This document shows positions 1-8,512 of a stretch of DNA of 25,254 nucleotides, piece after piece. A model generated the notes under the pieces. It made no database searches. It had not been told where the DNA came from and was given only the letters and a program-made list of their open reading frames with translations. The stretch lies in the IMG/VR virus record IMGVR_UViG_3300032373_001188, positions 1-25,254 of that record, one strand, 5' to 3'. The translations under genes were made by a program, and so were the position numbers. Numbering within the stretch: position 1 is the first letter of the stretch; each line of letters begins with the position of its first letter. This DNA is from a virus. Its lineage: Duplodnaviria > Caudoviricetes.

Positions 1-159
1 ATGAAATCTAAGCTGATCTATTTCGGGCTCATGGTGGGGTTTGTTTGGTTGTCTGGGTTTGCGGGTGGGCGTGGTTGCCAATTAGAGGCGGTGATTTCAC
101 TTTGGGGAGCGAGTTTGTGTTTTGCGATGCTTGGGAAAAACAGGAGGGAACATGGCTGA
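1..159 (+). CDS. Small hydrophobic (membrane) protein, 52 aa; may start upstream of the window
   Basis: Read manually: MKSKLIYFGLMVGFVWLSGFAGGRGCQLEAVISLWGASLCFAMLGKNRREHG*. Two hydrophobic stretches; the 3' end overlaps the transposase start. Confidence 0.55.
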   Translation: MKSKLIYFGLMVGFVWLSGFAGGRGCQLEAVISLWGASLCFAMLGKNRREHG

Positions 160-2458
160 GTTAGAGGTGACCCTCAAGCACATGGCCGAATTAATGGGTT
201 TAAAGTCTATATCTAGTCTGTCGGCTAAAGCTAGACGCAACAATTGGTTATTTAGAGAAGAAGGGGGTTCTGGTCGACTTGAGCGGCACTACAACTATAG
301 CTCTCTGCCAATCGACACCCAAAAAGAAATAGCCCAAAAAGCCTCTGAAATGTGGGTCATCAAGTTGTCGATGGCCGATGGGCTGAGCGATGAAGTTTCA
401 GGCATCCTGGAAAGCCGGATTGTCGAGATGATCCAACACCGGGACCAAGTGACGGCGCAGCAGAAGGCCGCAAAAAAGACGGCCAAACAGGCACCGAAAA
501 AGACCGTCAGGTTGGTCGGGGTGGACACCACTCCCCTGGTGAAAGCCCCGGCTAGCTTGGCATGGCAAGAGAAGATGGAAGCGGCTGGGGTTACCCTGCC
601 CTGCCCGGCTTCGCTGGTTGTCGCCAAGCGGGCGGACCCTGAGAAACGTATCCCAGACGAAGCCCGGCGGGATGGGGCGATGAACAAACAAACGTGGATC
701 AACTGGTATGATACCCAAAAGCGGAACCGGTTCAAGTCACGAGAGATAGAATTGATGCTGGGGCAATTCAAGGAAGCGGGTGAGGCGGTGCCCGCCCTCA
801 GGACTATCCAGTGGTGGTCACAGAAGACAGACGAAAAAGGGGCGGTGGGGCTGCTGGACGGGCGGATCAGCAGCGGGAGGAAGCCTATCATTACACATGA
901 ACTCAGTGAGTTGATTATGATGTTGTATGTGTATTGCCCTGATGCTCGGCCAAAGCGGCTTGCGGAGGTGGTGCAGATAGAGGCTGGGGTGGCTATCTCT
1001 GAAAGGACCATGCTGAACTGGCTGAACAAGCAGAAGAACAGCCTCAGCAAACGGCTGTTTGCGTTTTTGGCGAATCCAGACAAGGCCAAGCGGTTTTTGC
1101 CCTTTCCTGGGGACGCTGAAGGCTGGCGGCGGATGGGCTTTTTGGACCGGGTTGAGTGGGACGGTAGCCCGGCGGATGTGCATTGCACGGACGGCAGGTT
1201 TAGTCTCATGGCCGGGATCGACGTGGCGACACGTCAGGTTCAAGTGATCCTGGCTCCGTCCTCTGGCACCTACGCCACCAAGCTTTTGCTCCGGCAGATC
1301 TTGTTGGCTTGGGGGAAGCCTAAGAGCTTCCGAGGGGATCAGGGGTCTGAGTTTATCAACAGCGATATGGAGTGGATTTTTAACTCCCTTGATATCTTCA
1401 ACAGCCCGGCGATGCCCTACTCTGGCGACCAAAAGCCTTTTGTGGAGCGGTTCTTTGGGACCTTGACCCGTGGGTTGTTTGAGGTTTTGCCTGGGTACTC
1501 TGGGCACAATGTTGCCGATGCTCAGAACATCCGTTCCCGGCATCGGTTTGACCAGCGAAGGCAGATCGAAAAGCAGGATGAGGAGGCGCAGGACAAGGCT
1601 TATTACCGGGTCAAGTTGGACCATACAGAGCTTTACGAGCTGATCCAAAAGGCTCTGGCTGTATACCATGAAGAGGAGCACAGCGGGCTTAAGAAGACGC
1701 CGAACCAGCGGCTGGAGGAGTTGTTGCCGCAGGCTGTGATTGTGAAGCCAGACGTTCGGGAGTTGGATATTTTACTCAACGAGCAGCAGACCCGGCAGGT
1801 CACTGCTAAAGGGATTCGGTACAAAACCCTTGGGGAAACTCGGGTTTATAGCTGCGCTGATTATGACCCTTATATTGGGCATCAAGTGCGGGTGTTTTTC
1901 GATCAGAACCCCCACCAGATCCACGCCTTCAGCATGGAAGGGGAGTATCTGTTCACCGCTTACGACAGGGCAATCAACTCAGAGCAGGCGATTGCTATGA
2001 GGGAAGCGGCTCTGGAGCAGGTGAGTACTCAGATTGATTATTATCAAGCCTTGATCAAGCGGGCTGGATATGAAGAGAACGATCCATTTATTGAGTCGTT
2101 GGACCAGCGGGCTGTGGTCGGTTTGGAGCGGCATGATCAGGTGATTGGCAAGATTCACCAGCAATCCTCCATCGAGCAGCAAAGCCAGCTCCAGTTGGCT
2201 GTTGTTGCAGGGGAAGAGTTCGATAAACAAGAAGCGGACTCCACCCAAGAGGAAGTGGTGGTGGAAGATTTGGGGCCCATAGCGGCTGCCCCGGCGGAAG
2301 TGCAGGGACCAGACCGGTTCTTGGTGCTGTACAAAGAGCTTGAAGCGCAGATCCAGCGAGGCGAGCAGCTGGATAATGACGACTTAGACTGGATGGAGCG
2401 GCTGGAGAAAACCCCGGCGGTCAAGGATTACAAACAATCTTGCTTAGGAGTGAAATGA
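152..2458 (+). CDS. A: Mu-type DDE transposase (MuA-like)
   Basis: RBS AGGAGGG at 142-148 before ATG 152. N-terminal Mu-type HTH (KARRNNW...YNYSSLP). Catalytic motifs VEWDGSPAD, FRGDQGSEF and KPFVERFFGTL; YHEEEHSGL..TP motif; Mu C-terminal beta domain (RQVTAKGIRY). Confidence 0.95.
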   Translation: MAELEVTLKHMAELMGLKSISSLSAKARRNNWLFREEGGSGRLERHYNYSSLPIDTQKEIAQKASEMWVIKLSMADGLSDEVSGILESRIVEMIQHRDQVTAQQKAAKKTAKQAPKKTVRLVGVDTTPLVKAPASLAWQEKMEAAGVTLPCPASLVVAKRADPEKRIPDEARRDGAMNKQTWINWYDTQKRNRFKSREIELMLGQFKEAGEAVPALRTIQWWSQKTDEKGAVGLLDGRISSGRKPIITHELSELIMMLYVYCPDARPKRLAEVVQIEAGVAISERTMLNWLNKQKNSLSKRLFAFLANPDKAKRFLPFPGDAEGWRRMGFLDRVEWDGSPADVHCTDGRFSLMAGIDVATRQVQVILAPSSGTYATKLLLRQILLAWGKPKSFRGDQGSEFINSDMEWIFNSLDIFNSPAMPYSGDQKPFVERFFGTLTRGLFEVLPGYSGHNVADAQNIRSRHRFDQRRQIEKQDEEAQDKAYYRVKLDHTELYELIQKALAVYHEEEHSGLKKTPNQRLEELLPQAVIVKPDVRELDILLNEQQTRQVTAKGIRYKTLGETRVYSCADYDPYIGHQVRVFFDQNPHQIHAFSMEGEYLFTAYDRAINSEQAIAMREAALEQVSTQIDYYQALIKRAGYEENDPFIESLDQRAVVGLERHDQVIGKIHQQSSIEQQSQLQLAVVAGEEFDKQEADSTQEEVVVEDLGPIAAAPAEVQGPDRFLVLYKELEAQIQRGEQLDNDDLDWMERLEKTPAVKDYKQSCLGVK

Positions 2459-3174
2459 GCAAACTACCTTTTGTCGCTGACCTAGCGAACATCAATAAAT
2501 TCAACGAGGCCATTGGGTCTTTGATGAGCAAAACCACAGGCAACGCCAATTTTGGGCTGGTCTATGGGGAGCCGGGCCTCGGCAAAACTGAGACGATCAT
2601 CAACCGAAGCGCCAAAGACGGGCATCCGATGATCCGGGCCAAACGAGCCTGGAGTATCCGGTGGATGTTGACCGAATTATCGGACGCCTTGGGTTTGCCT
2701 GTTAGCGGGCGAACGCAGGTGTTGTACGGGCAGATCAAGGACGAGCTGATGCGTCGAGAGATCGTTGTCTATATCGACGAGCTGGACCATGTGATCAGCA
2801 ACAAGGACTTGATCGAGACACTCAGGGACCTGAGCGACGAATCAGGGGCGAAGATCGTTTTGATTGGGATGCAGGACGTCTCGAATGAGCTGAAGCGGTA
2901 TCCTGTTTTGGAATCTCGGATCAGTGCGACGGTCAAGTTTGCGCCGCTCACCGAGATCGACGTGGCGACGGTGATCCAAGCTGCCCTGCCACCCAAGGGA
3001 GACGGTGAACATGACCGGGACGCTCTGCGGATGATTCACAACTTAACCAAGGGGAATTTCCGAAGGCTCAGCGACCTGATCGACAAGCTATCGACTCAGA
3101 TGAAGGTCAAGAAAACGGGGCATTTAACCTTGGGGTTGGTTCGTGAGGCGGCTGATTTGAAGGGGTTGAAGTGA
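2455..3174 (+). CDS. B: MuB-like AAA+ transposition ATPase
   Basis: ATGA overlap with the transposase stop; Walker A GEPGLGKT, Walker B VYIDELD, LRDLSD, VLIGM, SRI arginine finger, GNFRRL sensor. Confidence 0.92.
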   Translation: MSKLPFVADLANINKFNEAIGSLMSKTTGNANFGLVYGEPGLGKTETIINRSAKDGHPMIRAKRAWSIRWMLTELSDALGLPVSGRTQVLYGQIKDELMRREIVVYIDELDHVISNKDLIETLRDLSDESGAKIVLIGMQDVSNELKRYPVLESRISATVKFAPLTEIDVATVIQAALPPKGDGEHDRDALRMIHNLTKGNFRRLSDLIDKLSTQMKVKKTGHLTLGLVREAADLKGLK

Positions 3175-3581
3175 AACGGGATCGGGATTTAGAACGAGTT
3201 GGGGCCTATGCGGTTTATCGAGCCTGGAGAAGTGCCATTGATGCCTGTGAGGGTGGATCGCTGACAGTTGGTGTTTTGCTGGGCATCGAGAAGGACGTTC
3301 GACAGCGAATGGCCGATAAGCGAAGCCAACTGCCTGATGTGGAGAGGTGTTATAATGTGCTGATCAAATTGCCACCCAAGGGCATCACCGTGGCTGAAGT
3401 CGCCCGGTTGGCGGAGGTCGAGGTGTATCAGACAAGGCGAGCTGTCGCTGAGGTTACAAAGGCTGGGTACCTGAGGCAGGTTGGCACAGGGTACAAGACG
3501 GACTACAAGGTGATCAAAAAACTACCTGGAACATGGTCTCAGTTTAAAGAAAAACACAGGCCACCTAAGAAAAAAGCGTGA
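3171..3581 (+). CDS. Putative winged-HTH DNA-binding protein
   Basis: GTGA overlap; ITVAEVARLAEVEVYQTRRAVAEVTKAGYLRQV is an HTH-plus-wing pattern; basic C-terminus. Confidence 0.65.
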   Translation: MKRDRDLERVGAYAVYRAWRSAIDACEGGSLTVGVLLGIEKDVRQRMADKRSQLPDVERCYNVLIKLPPKGITVAEVARLAEVEVYQTRRAVAEVTKAGYLRQVGTGYKTDYKVIKKLPGTWSQFKEKHRPPKKKA

Positions 3582-3820
3582 CCCGAAAAAAGCGAAGCTG
3601 GGGTGAGTTTTTCCCTCAGCAAAAACGGCAGCCCCGGTCACAGGTCGCCAAGAAAATAAACCCTGCGCAATTGGCAGAGTTGAAAGAGCTGGCGGCGTTA
3701 CGTCAGGTGAATCTAACGGAATTAGTGATCAGCCGGTACCAGATCAGGCGGGCTGATTGGATCTATGAGCTACAAGCTCAGGCTTTAATCAAGGAGATGC
3801 GGGATGGCAGGCCAAAATAA
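3578..3820 (+). CDS. Hypothetical protein with one GemA-like helical module
   Basis: GTGA overlap; INPAQLAELKEL...RYQIRRADWIYELQAQALIKEM resembles the repeat unit of the next gene. Confidence 0.6.
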   Translation: MTRKKRSWGEFFPQQKRQPRSQVAKKINPAQLAELKELAALRQVNLTELVISRYQIRRADWIYELQAQALIKEMRDGRPK

Positions 3821-4214
3821 GGACCGAATGTTGAGCAGAAACCAGATTGCATCGATGCACGTTTGGAAACAGCAATCTGGGCTAGATGATGACGCCTACC
3901 GGGGTTATCTCCAGGCGAATTTTCAGATAGGCAGCAGCAAGGAGATGACTCAGGCCCAATTTTCCCGGCACATGGCGACCGTCAAGGGTACACAGAAGAA
4001 AAAGCAGCCATGGGTGCAAAGGCCGGACGGGATCACCGAGGCGCAGAACAACAAGATCTTGGCGCTGTGGTCGTCCAAAGCCAAAAACACAAGCTTCAAG
4101 GCTCTGTCAGCGTGGCTAGAAGGCAAATTCCAGGTCAAGACTTCTAGGCAGCTCAGCAAAAGCCGGGCTAGCGATGTGATCACAGCATTAGAACGAGGGG
4201 GGTGGCTTGGGTGA
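3804..4214 (+). CDS. gemA: GemA / Mu gp16 (DUF1018) family regulator
   Basis: RBS AAGGAG; motif QIASMHVWKQQSGLDDDAYRGYL...SSKEMT and C-terminal AL.AWLE..F.V.....L....ASDVITALE. Confidence 0.85.
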   Translation: MAGQNKDRMLSRNQIASMHVWKQQSGLDDDAYRGYLQANFQIGSSKEMTQAQFSRHMATVKGTQKKKQPWVQRPDGITEAQNNKILALWSSKAKNTSFKALSAWLEGKFQVKTSRQLSKSRASDVITALERGGWLG

Positions 4215-4977
4215 GCGGAAGAAGACGACCAAGGCGGATTTTTCGATGCCTGAGTCTGACCCTCTGACGGCAGCCAGGGAGAGGCTGAAAGATCCGGCCT
4301 ACCTAGCGGCGTTACAGCAGAAACGTATTGAGCGGGAAGGGCTAGGTAAGGACGAGAAGGGGCGAGATATCGTGGTGGACTTGAAGACCTACCGACGGTC
4401 TTTCTATCCCACTGTTGACCCGGTATCCGTTGCGGGGGTTTTGATGCGAATGGAGGAAGCCGGCTGGCCTTTGAGTTTTCAAACCAGGGCGGTGGTGTTG
4501 GAGCAGAACCCACTCAGCCACCCTAAGGCTGATGAAATGCGCAAGGCATGGTCCTTGGGGGCAGAGAAGTGGATTTGGGTTCGGGCGTTTGATGGGTTGT
4601 CAGCGGTCAATTTGGTGACTCAAATGGCCACGGGGTACTTGAAAAAACAAAAGGATGCATCGGTGGTTTTCATTGATGTGAGCCGGTGGTTAGGGGACCA
4701 GAAAGGTTCGATTGACAGCAAGGAGAAGGTCGCTAGCGCCGATGATATGAAGCTTGGCGATCTGACGGTGATCCGAGGGCTCAATGATGTGGGGCAGACC
4801 GAATGGTCAACCCGGGAATTGGCGGTCTTGATTGACCGGCTTGATCAAGAAGCGCCCCGTCGGGTGATCTTGGTTGGGCGAAGAGGCCCGGCGGCTTTTG
4901 TGTTGGGGAATTATGAGCAGGTAGCGGTTGCGACCGTTTTGAAACGGCGGTGCATCGAGGTATCGCTGAGCGTTTAA
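4207..4977 (+). CDS. DnaC/IstB-like AAA+ fold protein with degenerate Walker A and B
   Basis: TTG start after GAGGGG. Segments EEAGWPLSF, WIWVRAFDGLSAVNLV, SVVFIDVSRWL, DLTVIRGLNDVGQTEW, LIDR, RVILVG and KRRCIEVSL follow the DnaC/IstB pattern in order. Confidence 0.6.
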   Translation: MGERKKTTKADFSMPESDPLTAARERLKDPAYLAALQQKRIEREGLGKDEKGRDIVVDLKTYRRSFYPTVDPVSVAGVLMRMEEAGWPLSFQTRAVVLEQNPLSHPKADEMRKAWSLGAEKWIWVRAFDGLSAVNLVTQMATGYLKKQKDASVVFIDVSRWLGDQKGSIDSKEKVASADDMKLGDLTVIRGLNDVGQTEWSTRELAVLIDRLDQEAPRRVILVGRRGPAAFVLGNYEQVAVATVLKRRCIEVSLSV

Positions 4978-4996
4978 CAGCCAATTGGAGAGGCAA

Positions 4997-5620
4997 ATGG
5001 CAAGGTTTAAAGAAATTAACGGGGTGAAGTGTTGGCTCAACAGTCAGGAGATACCGGTGCCACCTCGGATGATTAAGGATTCGGACAAAAAGCGGGACAG
5101 GTTCGTGGAAAAGCGGGTTTCGGACTGGAAGAAGGAGCAGGCACGGCTGAAAGCTTTCAAAACCAAGCTGTTTAAGGAATTTTACGGCTACGTGAGCGAA
5201 ATGTTGGCCCAACATGGGGTCAACCACGGTGGCGAGAAGGGCAACGTCACGGTTCGCAATTACTCCGGGAACCTCAGGATCGAGTTACAGGTGGCCAACT
5301 TGATCACCTTCAATGAAGAGATATCGGCAGCCAAGGCGATCATTGATGCGTGCATCCATGAGTGGAGCAAAGGGGTCAACGTCAACCTATCGGCTTTGAT
5401 TTTACAAGCATTCCAGGTGGACGACCAAGGGAAAGTCTCGGTCTCTAAAGTGCTTGGGTTGCGCCGAGTGGCGATCAAGGATGAGCGGTGGAAGCGGGCG
5501 ATGGAGATTTTGACTGACGCCATCACCATTGAATCAACCAAAAAATACATCCGAGTCTATGAGCGGTCCGAGGAAGACGGGCAATGGCAGGCACTCTCTC
5601 TTGATTTTGCAGCACTATAA
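4997..5620 (+). CDS. DUF3164 family protein of Mu-like phages
   Basis: RBS GGAGAGG before ATG 4997; motifs GGEKGNVT..YSG, I.FNEEI.AAKAIIDAC..EW, AFQVD..GK, VLGLRR..I.DERWKRAM, KKYIRVYER, LSLDFAAL. Confidence 0.85.
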   Translation: MARFKEINGVKCWLNSQEIPVPPRMIKDSDKKRDRFVEKRVSDWKKEQARLKAFKTKLFKEFYGYVSEMLAQHGVNHGGEKGNVTVRNYSGNLRIELQVANLITFNEEISAAKAIIDACIHEWSKGVNVNLSALILQAFQVDDQGKVSVSKVLGLRRVAIKDERWKRAMEILTDAITIESTKKYIRVYERSEEDGQWQALSLDFAAL

Positions 5621-5640
5621 CCCAGTTAAATGGAGAACAA

Positions 5641-6306
5641 ATGAAGAACGCACAGCTATTAACTATTATCGCCAGCCTACCCAACATCAAGCGGCATGAA
5701 GGGTACCGCTCGAAGCCATACAAGTGCAGCGAGGGGGTTTTGACCGTTGGGTATGGCACCAACCTTGATATTGGGCTGGATGAAGACGAGGCAGCCTTCT
5801 TATTGGAATACCGGCTGAAGAAGGTCTCCGCTGAACTCAGCAAACACTTGCCTTGGTGGGAGGGGATGCCTTTGGGGCTTCGGTTGGTGTTGTTGGATAT
5901 GGGGTATCAGCTTGGGGTCAGTCGTTTGCTGAGGTTTCGCAAGGCTCTAGGGGCTCTGAAAGCCAAGAGATACATCGAGGGGGCAGCCGAAATGCTGGAC
6001 AGCAACTGGGCCAAACAAACGCCAGAGCGGGCGAATGAAAACGCCCGGAAGGTGCACCGGTTTGGTGAACTGATCGAGGAATTGCCTTGGGTGGCCGGCT
6101 TGATGCCTGGGCCACAGCATGCCTTGCTTGAAATGTACGCTGAATTAGGTCTAGCCGGCTTGCTGAGTTTCAAACAGATGCTCAGTGCCCTGCATGCCGG
6201 TGAAACAACCAAAGCGGCTGAGGAGATGACCAACTCAGCCTGGGCTAGACGGCCCGACTCCCACGCTAAAAGCTTGTGGCCGTACATGGCTGGCTTGGAG
6301 GTGTGA
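5641..6306 (+). CDS. T4-like (GH24) lysozyme / endolysin with duplicated C-terminal lobe
   Basis: RBS GGAG; HEG.R..PYKCSEGVLTVGYG gives the E-x8-C-x5-T triad; DMGYQLGV..L..F and AAEMLDSNWAKQTPERA motifs. Confidence 0.9.
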   Translation: MKNAQLLTIIASLPNIKRHEGYRSKPYKCSEGVLTVGYGTNLDIGLDEDEAAFLLEYRLKKVSAELSKHLPWWEGMPLGLRLVLLDMGYQLGVSRLLRFRKALGALKAKRYIEGAAEMLDSNWAKQTPERANENARKVHRFGELIEELPWVAGLMPGPQHALLEMYAELGLAGLLSFKQMLSALHAGETTKAAEEMTNSAWARRPDSHAKSLWPYMAGLEV

Positions 6307-6665
6307 TGTCTGGGATCGGCGTGCCCAACTTGCTGAATGCGATCGGACCTGAGGCCACCCAAATGCTGGTCCATGCCAAAGGTGGCCAAGAATTTTGGAT
6401 TCCCCAAAAGCTCCGTGATGACCATTGGCTGGTGGGTGTGATTGGCAAGGAGGCGGCTCTGGGGCTCTGCGAGGGGTTTGGTGGTGAGCAGGTGATTCTA
6501 CCGCTTGGTTATGAATACCAGCGCCGCCAAGCGAAAAGTACAGCCAAACAAATGCGGGCTGATGGGGCGAAGATCAATGAAATTGTGAAAGCGACCGGGG
6601 TGTCGATCAATACGTTACAGAAGTGGTTCGCTGAGAAAGTGGACCCAAACCAAACTTGTTTTTAA
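6306..6665 (+). CDS. mor: Mor/C-family transcription activator
   Basis: TGATG coupling with the lysozyme; two IG.EA...L....GG....P repeats; C-terminal HTH (GAKINEIVKATGVSINTLQKW). Confidence 0.8.
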   Translation: MSGIGVPNLLNAIGPEATQMLVHAKGGQEFWIPQKLRDDHWLVGVIGKEAALGLCEGFGGEQVILPLGYEYQRRQAKSTAKQMRADGAKINEIVKATGVSINTLQKWFAEKVDPNQTCF

Positions 6666-6688
6666 TATTATCAAATTACAGAGGAATC

Positions 6689-6874
6689 GTGAAGACAAAA
6701 GCGCAAATCAACCCAAGGGGTGGGAAATTCGAAATCTCGATCTTGGTTACCGACAAAGACAAAAACATCCGCTGGGTTTTGGTCCGGTCAGGCAGGAAAA
6801 GGTACAAGGCAGAGAGCCACGCAGAGGCCAAGGAATATGCCGCCGGGCAGGGCTGGGAGGTGATCTGTGTGTGA
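6689..6874 (+). CDS. Small basic hypothetical protein
   Basis: GAGGA RBS before GTG 6689; overlaps the next start. Confidence 0.55.
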   Translation: MKTKAQINPRGGKFEISILVTDKDKNIRWVLVRSGRKRYKAESHAEAKEYAAGQGWEVICV

Positions 6875-7148
6875 TAGTTTAGTCGGCCAGATTAAGGCCG
6901 CCGATTGGGCTGTGACTCAGTCTTTGGAAAAACTGCAAAATATGATAAGGGATGCGTCGGTGTTGTTGGGCTCACTGTCTTACACTTGCCCTGCCTGTGG
7001 GGAGAGATATCTACCTCACACAACAGAGAACAATGTTTGCGGAAATATCCATTATTATCAATGTAAATGTGGGGCGGATGCAACCCGGCAGTCGGTTTTG
7101 TTGGTGGCTCACATGCCGCCGAAAGATATTCCTAAGGAGGAAGCATGA
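6867..7148 (+). CDS. Zinc-ribbon protein
   Basis: GGAGG RBS; CPACG...CGNIHYYQCKCG Cys cluster; ATGA overlap with the next gene. Confidence 0.6.
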   Translation: MCDSLVGQIKAADWAVTQSLEKLQNMIRDASVLLGSLSYTCPACGERYLPHTTENNVCGNIHYYQCKCGADATRQSVLLVAHMPPKDIPKEEA

Positions 7149-7789
7149 GTCAGTCAGTTAATCCGCTTTTCCGCACCTCGCAGCGGGTTGCATTTAATCC
7201 GCTGGAGCCGGATCAGGGGATTGTGGATATCGAGGATATCGCCACTGGGTTAGCGAATACCTGTCGGTATGGCGGGGTGTTGCCGGATGGAATCTGGTAC
7301 AATAATGCGAGTCACAGTGTGTTTGTGATGCAGTTGTTGGAATATGTCTACGACAAGGAAGAGCTCGACAAAGGGATGTTTGAGGTTATTTTACTTGCAG
7401 GTCTGTTGCATGACGCCCCTGAAGTGTATTTGCAATTAGATATACCCAGTCCAATCAAAGGCATTGTTAAACTTAATGGTCTGGCAATCCGGCGGATTGA
7501 AGGTGACTGGATGAAGGTCATATTCGGTGCCCTGCTTCCTGAAATCTCGGAGGCTAAATATCATGTGGTGCTGCGAAATATCTTATCTGCAGATCGAGCC
7601 GTAAAGGAGATCGAAGAGCAAATTATTTGGAACGCTGAAATTCAAACTGATGTCGGTTGGGCTGCGTGGGATTCAAAGATTCGGCCTAGTTTTTGGTGTC
7701 CCAGGGACAGCCGGTCGATCTTCTTGCAACATTATCACCGGCTCCAGGCGGAGTTGAGCGGTTTAGGTTGTGTTGGAGATTTGGGATGA
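7145..7789 (+). CDS. HD-domain phosphohydrolase (YfbR/YfdR-like 5'-deoxynucleotidase family)
   Basis: FNPLEP....DIEDIA.GLAN.CRYGG, ASHSV, LLHDAPEVY..DIPSPIK, AD......E motifs. Confidence 0.85.
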   Translation: MSQSVNPLFRTSQRVAFNPLEPDQGIVDIEDIATGLANTCRYGGVLPDGIWYNNASHSVFVMQLLEYVYDKEELDKGMFEVILLAGLLHDAPEVYLQLDIPSPIKGIVKLNGLAIRRIEGDWMKVIFGALLPEISEAKYHVVLRNILSADRAVKEIEEQIIWNAEIQTDVGWAAWDSKIRPSFWCPRDSRSIFLQHYHRLQAELSGLGCVGDLG

Positions 7790-8511
7790 GCGATGCAAAT
7801 TCGGAGATGATCGGAAAAATCAAGAAGCTCCTGGCATTAGCAGAGAAAAACCCGAACCAAGCAGAGCGAGAGGCCGCTTTTGGCAAGGCTCAGCAGTTGA
7901 TGCTCAAGCACCGCATCGAGCAGAGCCAGCTCCATAAAGATACAGACGAAGACTTTGCCTTTGAAGGTGAAGCGTTTCGGGTACCAGCGTGGAGAACCAA
8001 CAAGCGTCGGTACCTGGGCAGACTGATTGGGCTGGCTGCAGATGTATTTTTCTTAAGCTTGGATTTAGGGCAAGGGAGATGGGGGGTTACCTTCATTGGT
8101 CGCCGGGAGTCAGTGGCGTTCGCCGAAACCTTGTGGGGCTGGTTGAACAAGGAGTTTGAACGGCAGTGGAAGATCTTCTTGGCGGCGGAAATCAAGGCAC
8201 GGCGGAAAAATACCACTGCCAAGAGGGATGAATTCTACTTAGGCATCACTGTTGGTTTGATCATGAAGATAAAGGCTCAAAGATCACAATTCGAGCAAGA
8301 AAACGCTTTGGTCTTGATTAGTGAGTCAGAAAAAGCCAAAGAGTTGTACGGAGCGAATCACAACCTGAGTAAATCCCTGACCAAAAAGTTCAACCGGAAT
8401 CAGTCCGCTTTCGGTGGCGGGATCGAAGCGTCCAAGGGCATCCATCTCAATAAACAAGTCGACTCTCCCAAGGGGACAAAGCGGCTGATGATTGAATCTA
8501 AAGAGGGTTAA
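7786..8511 (+). CDS. DUF2786 domain protein
   Basis: ATGA overlap; N-terminal KIKKLLALAE...N.AEREAAF.KAQQLMLKH; F.G and FYLG motifs. Confidence 0.85.
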   Translation: MSDANSEMIGKIKKLLALAEKNPNQAEREAAFGKAQQLMLKHRIEQSQLHKDTDEDFAFEGEAFRVPAWRTNKRRYLGRLIGLAADVFFLSLDLGQGRWGVTFIGRRESVAFAETLWGWLNKEFERQWKIFLAAEIKARRKNTTAKRDEFYLGITVGLIMKIKAQRSQFEQENALVLISESEKAKELYGANHNLSKSLTKKFNRNQSAFGGGIEASKGIHLNKQVDSPKGTKRLMIESKEG

Positions 8512-8512
8512 T

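Noticed and set aside
295-1681. Long antisense ORFs (304 aa and 287 aa) inside the transposase
   Set aside because: Shadow frames of a well-supported gene, with no recognisable motifs; the same applies to the other minus-strand ORFs except 9235-9657.
152-3174. Tn7/CAST-like TnsB-TnsC interpretation
   Set aside because: No TniQ, Cas genes or CRISPR array; the context is a Mu-like virion gene set.
6867-7148. Mu Com translational activator
   Set aside because: Cys spacing and position differ from Com, and no mom-like gene is adjacent.
7145-7789. DatZ / Z-genome (2-aminoadenine) pathway
   Set aside because: HD family resemblance only; no PurZ, MazZ or polymerase in the window.
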